Shown: positions 52,301 through 64,000 of the stretch, piece after piece | Position numbering within the stretch: the first letter of the stretch is position 1 | Layout: the number at the start of each line of letters is the position of its first letter | NCBI GenBank assembly: GCA_034780895.1 | Contig: JAUZTB010000069.1 | Coordinates: 19,374,582 to 19,438,581, forward strand | Reading direction: 5' to 3' | DNA length: 64,000 bases | Source: Rhynchobatus australiae | Lineage: Eukaryota | The notes under the pieces: generated by a model | What the model saw: only the letters and a program-made list of their open reading frames with translations | What the model was told of the DNA's origin: nothing | Database searches by the model: none | Made by a program: the position numbers and the translations under genes

Positions 52301-55300
52301 ATGGCCACCAAGATGCCTCATATCGTGATCATTCACCAAGGTAGTCCCAAACAGTCCACAAATTGCTCGACTATAGCTTCCATAAGAGCCAAACACAAAA
52401 GTCCATTAACACCCTGTAACACACTAAAGATATCACATCTTTAACACAATGTAAAGTTAAAAGATACTCCATTGCAGCATGATGTAACAAAAGACACGGC
52501 AAATAAAAACTTAATCAAAGAGGAAACTTTATGGAGGCATTCCTGGAAGTTTAGGCTTTGTAGCTGAATGCACAACTAGCAATGCAAAGCAATGGAAATG
52601 GGCATTGTGTGGAGACAAGACCTGTGAAATATCTCGGGACAGTTTACATACAATGTTAATGCAAATCATTACAATATGCACAAGGCTTCAGAATTTAAAA
52701 ATCTGCTCCAGCGAGTCATCTCTGTATCATGTTCGCTGGCCAAATTGAACACCCTTTTTTCCTGATGATAGTCAAACTGCAAGGCCAAGAGCTAAAGCTA
52801 GGCAGAAAATGCTACCCAGGCTGTTGCAGGCAAAGACCTTTCCTGAGGTTAAGTACTGAATTTGCCAATTCAGAAGCCTCCCCAAAGAGCTGCTTGCCCT
52901 CCTGTCAATTGCTAAACTGCAAATGGGGTGATCTCATCAAAATGAATTATATCTGTACTCCATGTCTGGGGCTTCATAAGGTCAAATCATTCAGAAGCTA
53001 TCAATCTGAGTGTTTGAAAACCTCTTTAGACTTGCAATAAAGAATTAATAAAGAAATACATTTGGTAAATATCATCATATCACCATTAAAAAGCTCAATG
53101 GAAAAATAATGGAGTAGCATTTTATTTTGAATATTTGTCCCTATAGATTTAGTTACAAAATTCAAAACTTTCTCCAACCATCAGAGGAGAGAGAAATTAC
53201 TTTATTTTTCCAAAAAAACAAGCCAATCCTTGAGAAGGTTCAGCAGCTGCCAACCACTCTGAACTTTCCATAAACAAAGGGCTTGTGAAAGCTCAGGCTC
53301 AGTGAACCTGAGATTCAAAGTAATGAAAGACGTCTGTGGAATCTGTCCCCTCTGGCAAAGCATAACAGCCAAAGGGCCCCTCTTCCCTTCCCTCTTCTTC
53401 CTTATGACTCTATTCTGAGCTCAGAAACAGCATACATGACTACTAGGAAGTGTCCATATGCAACAGGAAGATATATATTGGAAAGTTCAAAAAAGCTGGG
53501 TATGAGGTAAGTGAGGAACAAAGAGTGAGAGAAAGAGGCCTGGAGATAAAGAAGGAAGTAGGGAGGAGAGAGAAGCAGATATTACCATTTTAATGCATCC
53601 TGTAATATTTTAGTTAAATATTACGGGTATTAATTGGTATCTCAGTTTAATAACTCAGGAACAAATACTTTCAATAAATACTCCCTCAAAAGTGTTCTCC
53701 AAAACCACAAAGCTCCCTCAGTAGAGCATCCTATACCATTCCCTCTTCCCCACCACTGTGCAACGTTTCCTCAGCACTGCTTGTGACAGTACTACACTAC
53801 AAATGTCTTGATCATGAGCTCAGGATGTGGAGTAGCACCATAATCCAAGATCTGACTCAAAGATAAGTATTCTCACTACAAACCTTGAAACCTTGTCTCG
53901 AGCCTACATTTTCTGGTTCATCACCTGGTGAGTTTGCATTGTGAGCTCTGCTCCAGATCCCCGAAGATGCCATTATTGCCCTGGAAGAGCTGGTCTGTAA
54001 ACAACTCGAGTGCAGCTCCAACAACAATAGTAACATCTTGTGGCTGCTGACTTCAGGAACATCACTCCCAACCACAATATATTATACAGCTCTATTGCTA
54101 TGTTCAAGGGGTCTAGGGCAGGAGGTCAATGCTCTCAAGTTCAGCAAAGCTGAGGTTTCCTGGTTCTCAAAGTCCCAGAGCACCACAGTGCAAAGCAGCC
54201 ACTTTCAACCTACCAGACTGCAATCAGAAACAACAACTTCTACTTTCACGCACCTTTCACCACCTCAAAGCACTTTACAGCCAGTGAAGTACATTCTGAT
54301 GTCACAATTGAAACATAGGAAAATGGCCAATATGCAGACAGCAAGGACTAACAAAAAAATGGTCTGAGTGCTTAGACCCTGCTCTTCTTCAAATGGCATG
54401 AGGGGAATTTTGCTGTCCACCAAGACAACAGACAGATTCCAGTATCTGCAGTCTCTTTTCTCTTCTTGGTCTCAGGAGCATTATTCATTATTACTGGAAA
54501 TAGTTGATAATTTAAACTATCAACAATACTTTATTCATCAAACAGCTTACATTTACTTTCTTCAAAGAAGTCCAATTAATGGATGACAATATTACATGAA
54601 CCATTATTAACCACTATTAAATACAAGACGCATTGTACCTCTCTTTCAATATTTAATTCAAATAACTGTTCAGTCGCTGTGCTTCACAAAGTCCTCCAGA
54701 TAACTCAATTCTATGGACCCTGGTCTCCTCATTCATTCTTGGCCAGTAAATGCTTTGGTTCTGTGGAAGGGGTCCTGGGGCTGAAAGCTTAGCTATTTCT
54801 CTTTCCACAGATGCTGCTTGACCTGCTGAGTCTTTCCAACTTTTTCTGTTTTTATTTCAGATTTCCAGCAGCTGGTGTTTCTTAATTTTCAGATACTTTC
54901 TCTTGCTCAGCGAGGTAACCATTCACTTCCAGATGCAAGAAGTAGATTTATTTTATGTCATTCTTTTGTAGTTTGGTAATAATTATCCTTAGGTGCCCAG
55001 TTCATAACTCATCAAGTTATGACTTAAGATTCCTCTCAGACTGTCTCTTTCTATATTTTCAAAATCTCTTGTTTCAGATATTGCATCATATCATCTTGTC
55101 TGGTAGCATCCTCAGTCTCCAACAATGGGTGTGAGATTGGAGTACAGCTTGCTGTGCTGTCTCAAACTCAATATCCTGGGCATCTTGTTTCCTGTGATAG
55201 TGTTGGCTTAGCACGTGGGCTACATTTGTGTCTCTGCCCAATCAATAATGAATCTTTACAGAAGTGATTGTTTGCATTGAATCAATCTTCATGAGCCTGT

Positions 55301-56129
55301 AATGATATATCTTTATCAGACCCACTCCTGTACTGCACGTCATCCAAGCATTGGTATAACATCTTTCTGATCTATCATGATGAAATCAGCTCTCAATTCT
55401 TTCATTCACTGCCTTCAGGAAGAACTTCCCAAGCAGCTGCAGTATAATCTCATTGTACATAGACAACACATCTTGCTAGTTTCAATTGATTTGCTTCAGA
55501 AGAACATTACATGTTGCTCCAGAGTCAAGTTGGAGTGTCATTGGCTTCCCTTCACCTTCTGGTAAAGATACATCTCGAAGGTGGTCCTTCCACAGAATTA
55601 ATTAATGTAATTTGGCATCAAGTACATTGTTTTTAACTGGTTCTCTGAATCTGACCTGCATAACTCAGAAAGGACTTGACATGGACCTTATATGTCCTTT
55701 TCATTGTGCATCATGGAAATTATACTTAAATACAATATTTCAACATCTAAGCGAACTCAGCTGGACTTTCCCTGATCCACCTTCCCTGCATATCCTTTCT
55801 ACCATCAGCCACCAATATTCCTTGTCCAGCTTTGGCTAGCTCCACAACTTCACATTATCTATATACACTTGAAGGCCAACTGCATCTCACTTAGCAGCTG
55901 TCCGTTCTAGCTGGATTTGTGGATTTCACAAATAACATAATCTCTAATGGACGAGTCCTTTAAATTTACAAAACTGCAATTATCTGCTAAGGTATCAAAG
56001 GAGGCTTCCTCCTCTTGGATAAAATATCCGTCAACTGTTTCATTGCAAGTGTGCAAGTGATGTATCCTTTAGTGTCTCACTTGAGAGCTTTGTGACATAA
56101 TATATTTCTCTGCCCTGATTATCAATGAG

Positions 56130-56447
56130 GCAGCATAGCGGCACAGCAAGTAGAGGTAGGTTCAAATCTTGACCTATTCAGTGCTGCCTCTGTGGAGTTT
56201 ACATATTCTCTCAATGACCACATGTGTTTGCTCTGGAAGCTTTGGTTTTCTCCCATATGCCAAAGACATGTGGGTTGCTAGGTTAATTGGCCACTATAAA
56301 CTGCCCCAATGTTGGTGGGTGGTAGAATCTGGAGGAACAATGATGGGATTGTGCAAAGCATAGGTCACACAGAAAATTAGTAAGGGATTGGGACTGCTCT
56401 GTGAATTGGCATGGACAATGAGCCAAATGTCTGCCTTCTGTATCGTA
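56130..56447 (+). mobile_element. V-SINE (HE1-like)
   Basis: ggttcaaatc B box; ctgtggagtttacatattctc; ggttaattggccactataaactgccc. Confidence 0.75.
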
Positions 56448-58299
56448 AGGACGTACAGGCCATTCCCAGGTTACAAATGCCCAACTTATGAACACATGTA
56501 GATGCAAAATGAGCTCCCATAATATTATTAAATTCAGAAGTCTGACGTACATGCATACATTTGTTCCTATGAACAGCAGAACTAGTTCCCTCTATTTCTC
56601 TCTCCACTTTTAGTCATTGTCCTTTCTTATCAGTCTTATGTTTTTGATGCCATTAATTACAGTACTGTGGAGGTATGGTTACCATATCGAGTGATTTTTG
56701 TGTATTTTCAGCTTTTGGACCTGTAGAAATGGAACCCTGATCAGATCTGTATGGAATATCTTTGTCTGTCTATTTTGGTTTATCTATCATAACCAGCTCA
56801 ATATCAATTATAAACCTTTCCACTCTCTCCATTCTTAGTGCAGATTACTAACCTGGAAATTCAGAAGCTTGGGGACTTTATTTATTCCATCAAGTATAAA
56901 ATCAATTGAATCAAGTAGCTCAGTGCCTCTCCACACACATCCATGTATTCTCAATTGTGAGAAATCACACCTAGCATTTGGTATTCCAGTTCATGTACCA
57001 TGTCTAAATTTCATACCATTAACCAGTACTTACGAAATTTCTCTTCATTATTCATTCCCTAAGGTACTGAAAACAGTTGGCAACTTAAACTATCAAAAGT
57101 AGTTACATTATCAATCATCTGACCAAAAAGATTTTTCACAGTTGCTTTCTTTCAAATGGCCCCTTTCTGCAATTTGTCCCCAAACACTGTTGCAACACCA
57201 GTCTGCAGAGGGATATATGCTATAATCTTTTAAAGGGTGACATTAAAGGAACAATTACCGATGACAGATGGATATCATGTAAAGTATATGCTACAAACAT
57301 GCCCTCAGTTCGATAAATCATCATGAAGATGGTACCTCCAACAACACAGCATTCCATCAGTAGTGTTTCTCCAATAGTACAAAACTTACAGCTGTATTGG
57401 CAGTGTTGTCTTGGATCATGGGTGAGGGACTTTGGGGCTCGAATCAGCAACCCTCTAACTCAGGGGTGCACGAAAATTGCACTGTGCGAATGATGACTCT
57501 CATTTACAAATGCTGATTTTGTTTATCAACCTGGTTGATGTGTTGCAAAGATTCCTGACCAAATTGACCTGCCAAACTGCACAGCAAACAGAAAAATGCC
57601 TCCACACAAAAGGAACCTGAACATCCAATCCTCTGTAAACTAATCTTTCGTCTCAAAATCCACTCTGTTGGAGGTGGAGTAAATTATCAGGAGGTGCATA
57701 GCAATCTCAAATTCATTACATCAAAAAGAACTGGCACCTTGATTGTCTGTCCCATTAAACCGCAGATGGCATCTCAGATTACCCCAAAGCCGCCCTCACC
57801 CAAACTCCACACGCAAATATTTCTTCAGCAAACTCAAGAGAGAAACCAGGGGCAGAAACTCATTCCACATCCCCAACTTGCGGGTGCTGGTGGTACACTA
57901 CAATAACTTGTTGCTGGCACTGGCTTACAGAGTCCTCAGAAAGACTGTAGATCTGTGGATTCTGCTTTTGCAGCACATGCAATGCTCACTTCAAGAGAAT
58001 GGATTTTATTTAGTAAGAGGCTGTCTACAAGTTTTCTTGTGAAGTAGGTAGCCAGCTACAACTAGTTAACTGAAGTTACTATCAGCTGACTCAGAACGTG
58101 TGGTTGGTGGGAATACATAGCTCTGGGTTCTGCTAAAGCATGATAGGTTTTAGCACAGCATGCAGTGCCCTCTGAGAGCAGCGTACAAGGAGAGTGGACT
58201 TTGGTTATTGGAGACATCAACAAAGCAAAAGTGTAGCTTTATAGTTAAAGACAAAACAATAGCATTAAGATGCCTCATGAGCAGGACCCTTAAAAATGC

Positions 58300-59690
58300 A
58301 CAGTTGCATATTGCTAGTAATACTTGATTGGCTATTTAGCAGCAACCAATAAAAAGAAGCTAGGGTTAAGTAGAGCAGCTATTTTGAAGTGATCATTGTG
58401 CAAGTGGGTCAGTGTTTTGGGGGAAGGGAACTAAGGCTTTGGTAAATAGGAGGCTAAGGTAAGGTTCTGTTAAATTCTTTCTTACTTTATTATTGCACAG
58501 GTGGGAATGACACTCAGGGCAGTGATATGCTCCTCTTGCATGATCTGGGAAGTCAAGGAGACTTCCAGTGTCCCTATTGACTACATCTGTGAGAAGTGCA
58601 TCTGACTGTAGCTCTTTAGACTGTGTGAGGGAGCTGGATGACCTTTGGATCACTTGGGGGGGCCTGAAAGGTTGATAGACAGGAGTTGCAGCAAAGCAGT
58701 CACACCTAAGTTGCAGGAGGTTGGTAGCTAGGTGACTGTTGGAAGGAGGAAAGGGAATAGGCAGTCAGTGCAGGGTACTCCTGTGGCTATTCCCCTCAAT
58801 AACAAGTATATCATTTTAGATGGTGTTGGGAGTATGACCTACCATGGGAAAGCTACTGATCAGATCTTGGGGACTGAGTCTGGCTCTGTGGCTCAGAGGG
58901 GAAGAAGGGAGAAGAGGCAAGTGGTAGTGATAAGGGATTCATTGGTCAGGGGAACAGACAGGAGGTTCTGTGGATGAGAATGAGACTCTCAGATGGTATG
59001 TTGCCTCCCAGGTGCCAGGGTCAGATGTTTTTAATTGAGTTTGCACCTCTCTGAAGGGGGAGGGTGAGCAGCCAGAGGCTGTGGTACGCACTGGTACCAA
59101 TGACATAGGCAGGAAAAGTGAGGTCCTGCAAAGTGAGTTTAGGGAGTTAGATGTTAAGTTAACAGACAGAACCTCTACAGTGGTGATCTCCAGACTGCTA
59201 CCTGTGCTAGTGAGGCAAAAAATAGGAAGATAGTGCAGTTTAATGTGTAGCTAAGCAGATGGGGGGGGGTGGCGGCTTTAAATTAGTTGCAGGGGTGTGG
59301 GAGCCAGAGTGATAGGGCAGCAAGTGGAGAGGCTGTGGGGAAAAATAAATGTCAAGACTACAGGCAAGGATGGAAACTGAAAGGTTGAGCATGGTGGAAC
59401 TCATGTTCTAAGCTGCATCTATTTCAATGCAAGGTGCATTGTAGGTAAGGCAGATTAACTTGTAGCATGGATCTGTATGTGGAATTATGATGATGTAGCT
59501 GTTAGTGAGACTTGGTTGCAGGAGGAGCAGGGCTGGCAGCTCAATATCCTGGGTTTCTGTTTTAGACATGATAGAGGGAGAGGGGTGGCATTACTCATCA
59601 GGAAAGTGTCACAGCAGTGTTTAGAGGACACACTGGAGGGTTTGCCTACTGAGGCAATTTGGGTGGAACTGAGGAATAAAGAAGGATGAC
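58300..59690 (+). mobile_element. CR1 LINE 5' portion: 5' UTR, ORF1 (zinc finger + SGNH esterase) and start of the ORF2 endonuclease, decayed
   Basis: CSSCMIWEV...DYICEKC; VVVIRDSLVRGTDRRFCG; CIYFNAR; WNYDDVAVSETWLQ; GRGVALL; EAIWVELRNK. Confidence 0.85.
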
Positions 59691-60849
59691 TACAACCTTC
59701 TGTTTTGATTTGCTAAATTAATCTGATGTAAAACCTGAAATAACTTGGCTATGAGATTATTCTTTTCTCAAACAGGTTTACTCTAAATTATAATCCACTG
59801 TTCATGCATTTAACTAAAATGTTGTCTTGAAACTAGATTAGCAACTAAAGTTGTAATTAACAAAGATATATAGCTTGCTAATGAATTAAACTAAATGCAT
59901 TAAGACTGACATGGCAGCACAAGTGATTTGTTGCAGCTGCAAAATATAGAAGCTGATGGAAACTACCAACATCCACGGCAATCACAACTGCATGAAGTAT
60001 CTGTAGCTTGACAAAATCTGGTTCAGAATTAATGTGGAATCCAAAATTCAGACACTACAATTAACTTGGGAGGGAAAAGTTACCCAACCACACTATTGTG
60101 AAAGATAGACACTATCTAAATTAAGTACTACAGAACTGGTCGATCAAGAGGGACAGGAAAATGACTAAAAGTGAGGCAGGGATGAGGATCCAGAGATGGT
60201 GGTGGAAGAGCCCAACCCTTGTACTTATTCAACAGATATGAAATTCTTACAGCCCATATAGATGAGAGCAGAAAACAAAAGGAAGATGAGCAAACAAACC
60301 ACAGCACCAATGGTACAGGGGGTCATTCAAGCTGAGGGAGTGAAAAGGAATTCTGTACTGATGGGGGAATAATACTATTCCTTGCAGACCCAACAGCAAG
60401 TTTTGATGGTTGTGTTGCCTGCCCAATACCAGGATCAAAAAGATCAGGATGCTAAATGCATGGCTCACAGCTTGCTGTGGGAGGAAATGAATTTCAATTA
60501 TTGGCACACTGCCATGAACTGGCAAAAGGCAGCTATTCCATTGAGATGGGCTTCACTTGAAACTAACTGGGACCAATGTGTTTGCGATTCACACAACTAT
60601 GGTTGTAAATGGGGCTTCAAACAAAAGCTGGGTGGAAGGGAGATCTCAGGTGAGGAAATTAAGCAAAGTGAATAGAAAGGACAAGGCACAATAGTAAAAT
60701 GGATACTGATGACCAGAGTGTCAAAAGGATATGCCATAAAATATAAGAGTATACTTTAAATTAGTCAAAACAGCATTAAAACTGTATGAAGAATTTGCAT
60801 TTCAAGTGCATTCAGATAGAAGGCTGCAGAAGAAGTGCTATTCATAGAC

Positions 60850-62600
60850 TAACAGCAGAGAAACAAGTCCTTTGGCACACCAGGTTCATGCTGATCATCA
60901 AGTACCCATTTACACTCATCTTAATTACCAGTACTTTGAACTTAGCCTTCTATGCCTTCATGATTCAAGGGTTCAATTAGATACTACTAAAATGTTGAAG
61001 GAGTATGTGTCCACCACCCATTTAGGCAGTGCTTTCCAAATTCTAACTACCCTCTGGTTTAAAAAGTTCTTGAGATCCTCTACAAAACTTGTTACTTAAA
61101 CTCACCATCAAGCTTTGCTATGCTACAGGGAAGAATTTCCAACTATCTACCCTGTGCCTGTCATAATTTTTTTGGCTCTCATCAGGTTCCCTCCTCAGGC
61201 TTGTGTTCCAAAGAAAGCAAACCCAGCCTACCTAGTGTCTTATCCAAAACTATCCAACCATGGCAAGATCTTGGTAAACATCTCCAGTGCAATCACATGG
61301 AACCAGAATTGTACACAGTAGCTCAGCTGGGGCCTAACCAATGTTTCAAGAAGTTGTACCATTATCTCCCTGCTTTTGTATTCTATACCCCAGCTAGCAA
61401 AGGAACATATCCCATATGCACTCTTCACCATATCTATTTGTGCTGCCACCTTGGAGGATACTTGTACACTGGAGGTTGTTCTGTTCCTCTATACTCACTT
61501 GACTCCTACATTCACTGTATATGTGCTCACCTTGCACTTATTGATATTAAATTCCATCTCCCCATCTTACCAACTGATCAATATCACCCTGTAGCATAAG
61601 ACTATCAACAACACTAACCACTTTCATATCATCTGCAAACTTATTAATTGTACTTCTATATTCATATCCAAATCATTAATGTATCCAACATTAAGGGTAA
61701 ACAGTGAGTGTTCAGGCACTGATCCCTGTGAGAAATCACAATCACAAAATAGCCCCCTACTACCACCTTCTGTCTCCTATTACCAAGCCAATTTTGGATC
61801 CAATCTGCCAACTTGCCATGGATCCCACAATCATTAACCTTTTGGAACAGTGTCCCTTAAAGTTTATCAAAGGTTCACATAGACTACATTAACTATGTAG
61901 CTCTCATCAATACATACTGTTATACTTTGAAAAATTCAATTAAATTGGTCAGATTGGATATTCCCCTAACAAAACCATGCCGATTTATTTGATTAATCCT
62001 GTCCCTCAGAATATTTCCAATAACTTCCCTGCCAATGAAGTTGGGCTTGTAGGAGATGCAAGAGACTGTAGTTGCTGGAATCTGGAGCAATAATCAGTCT
62101 GCTGGAGAAACTCAGCAGGTTAAGCAGCATCTGTGGGAAGAAAGGAATTGCTGATGTTTTGGGTTGAAATGCTGCATCAGGAAGTTAGACTTGCAGGCCT
62201 GAAATTCCCTGGCTTATCCTTGCTGCCCTCCTTGAATATGGAAGAAATGAAGATTTTAAGATCTCAGGATCCCAGCAATCTCAATTGTCTCCAAGAGCAG
62301 TCTGGGTTACATCTCATGAGGCTCTGGGGATTTGTCCACTTTTAAGCCTACTGAGACATCCAATACCTCCCTTTCAATGATATGTTCTAGAATTTCACCA
62401 TCTTTCCACCCACCCCCTGAATCCTCCAATTACAACATCCTTCTCCTTAGTGAACACGTATGAGAAGTATTCATTTAAGACCTTGTGTACATCCTCTGGT
62501 CCCGAATGAGCACTATTCATTACTCTTTAAAATGCTTCTGGGATTTTCCTTAATCTTGTCTGCCAGTGATACTTCATTACCTGCTCCTCGCTGTCCTAAT
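60850..62600 (-). mobile_element. CR1 LINE RT/3' fragment with a Penelope-type insert at about 62050-62182
   Basis: GIEYKSREIMVQLLETLVRPQLSYCVQFW in ORF 61240..61449; tcatctgcaaac (FADD on the minus strand) at about 61630. Confidence 0.8.
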
Positions 62601-62619
62601 TTGTTTCCCTGTTCATTAT

Positions 62620-63825
62620 AACGTGGATGAATTGATGGTACAAATATATGTTTATGTTCTGGTAGACATTATAGTGATGTGGTTGCAAAGCAAATTAAAT
62701 ATACCAGTACACTTAATATTTGAAAGAGACAAGCAAAATTAAATGAGAAGGGCTAGTCGTGATAGTAAAGGTTGGGAATAAAAGCAGTAGAATGACTCAG
62801 AAAAGCAGAGGATCATTTTGGGTGGAGACAAGAAACAGCATGGGGCAGAAAATATTTGTGGAAATTGTCTAAAAGCTCCTAAACAGTAGTGGTGATGCAT
62901 GGTATAAATCAGGAAATTAGTGGTCTGGGTAGCAAAGCTAACACAATAATCGTGGAAGATATTAATTCATGTATAAACTGGACAAACCAAATTTGCAGTA
63001 ATTGTGTGCAAGAATTCATGAAGTTGTCCTTTGTACAATTACTAATTTGGTTTTCTAATTAGTATTTAGGAACCAACAAAGAAATGATCTATCTAATATC
63101 TAGTATCCTGCAAAGAGAGAGAATTAATCTAGCACCAAGGAGAAATGTGAAATTATCCATTTTGGCAAGAAAAATAAGGTGCATTATTTAAGTGGTAAAA
63201 AATTAGAGCTTTAAGATGCACAGGAATCTACGTGTCCAAATGCATGATTTCAGTTCCCAAAAGGCTGCTATGCAGGTATAGCAAGTAATTAAGAAAGCTA
63301 CAGAATGTTATCATTTATTGCCATGGAAATACAAAAGTAGGGATGTTATACTTCAGTTATATATGGCATCAGTGAGACCAGTATATAGTGTTGGTCTTAT
63401 TATTTAAGGAAGGATGGGACTGGATGGGTTGCATTATGAGGAAAGATGTACTCCTGGATTCTAAAAGCAGGAGATGGGATATGATTGAAACATACAATAT
63501 CCTGGGAGGTCTTGACCTGGTGAATGTGGAGAGAATGCTTCATCTTCTGGAAGAAACAGATCTTGCCATTTGAGAATGAGAGCGCCCTTTTGAGACCAAG
63601 ACAAGGTACGTTTTCTCAGAGGATCAGAAGTTCTTAATTCTATTCCTTGAAGGACAATGGAAGCAGTCTTAAGGCACAGGTAGATAGACATTTGATAAGC
63701 AAAGGGGTTAAAGGTTACCGCTGGTAACTGGGAATACAAAATTGAGATTAGTCAGATCAGCCATGATGTTAATGAAAGGCTGAACAGGGTTGGGTAAAGT
63801 GACCTACTCCTCTTAATTCAGATAT
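62620..63825 (+). mobile_element. Decayed CR1 LINE (endonuclease and 3' fragments)
   Basis: gagaaatgtgaaattatccattttgg; DMIETYNILGGLDLVNVERM; CR1 3' tail. Confidence 0.7.
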
Positions 63826-64000
63826 GCACATCATAGATTTTTACAACAAAATTGAAAGTAATTTAGTATATTCCAAAACAATAGTCTTGTATCTAAACCA
63901 CCAAGGAGAGGTGATTTTGGCTTGGAATATCGGGAAATACATTAAGGTACAACAATGGGCAAGCAATGGCTAACGGTTAATGTATGAATAAGCAAATTCA

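Overview
Eukaryotic (vertebrate) genomic DNA, not prokaryotic. The repeat content (V-SINE/HE1-type SINEs, DeuSINE fragments, CR1, L2, Rex1/Babar, Penelope-like elements) suggests a cartilaginous fish, which is an inference. The only host gene I can support is a retinoid X receptor, closest to RXRA, on the minus strand. Nine coding exons (equivalent to human exons 2-10) lie between 48447 and 7913, all with GT-AG boundaries and consistent phases. They give 449 aa from the ATG at 48421 or 440 aa from the ATG at 48394. The 3' UTR probably runs to an AATAAA at 5166-5161, and no exon 1 was recognised. Points of interest: (1) an in-frame TGA at the 5' end of exon 2 that would disconnect a canonical coding exon 1; (2) a perfect DR5 retinoic acid response element inside a cluster of nuclear-receptor half-sites in intron 4; (3) a minimal hammerhead ribozyme fold in a Penelope-like element nested in a CR1, plus hairpin derivatives of that element; (4) a recursive-splice-like start to exon 3; (5) an ETS-site cluster in intron 2; (6) apparently deeply conserved 3' UTR blocks. 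There are six assembly gaps. Most ORFs in the supplied track are spurious or decayed transposon fragments. Repeat boundaries are approximate unless stated otherwise.
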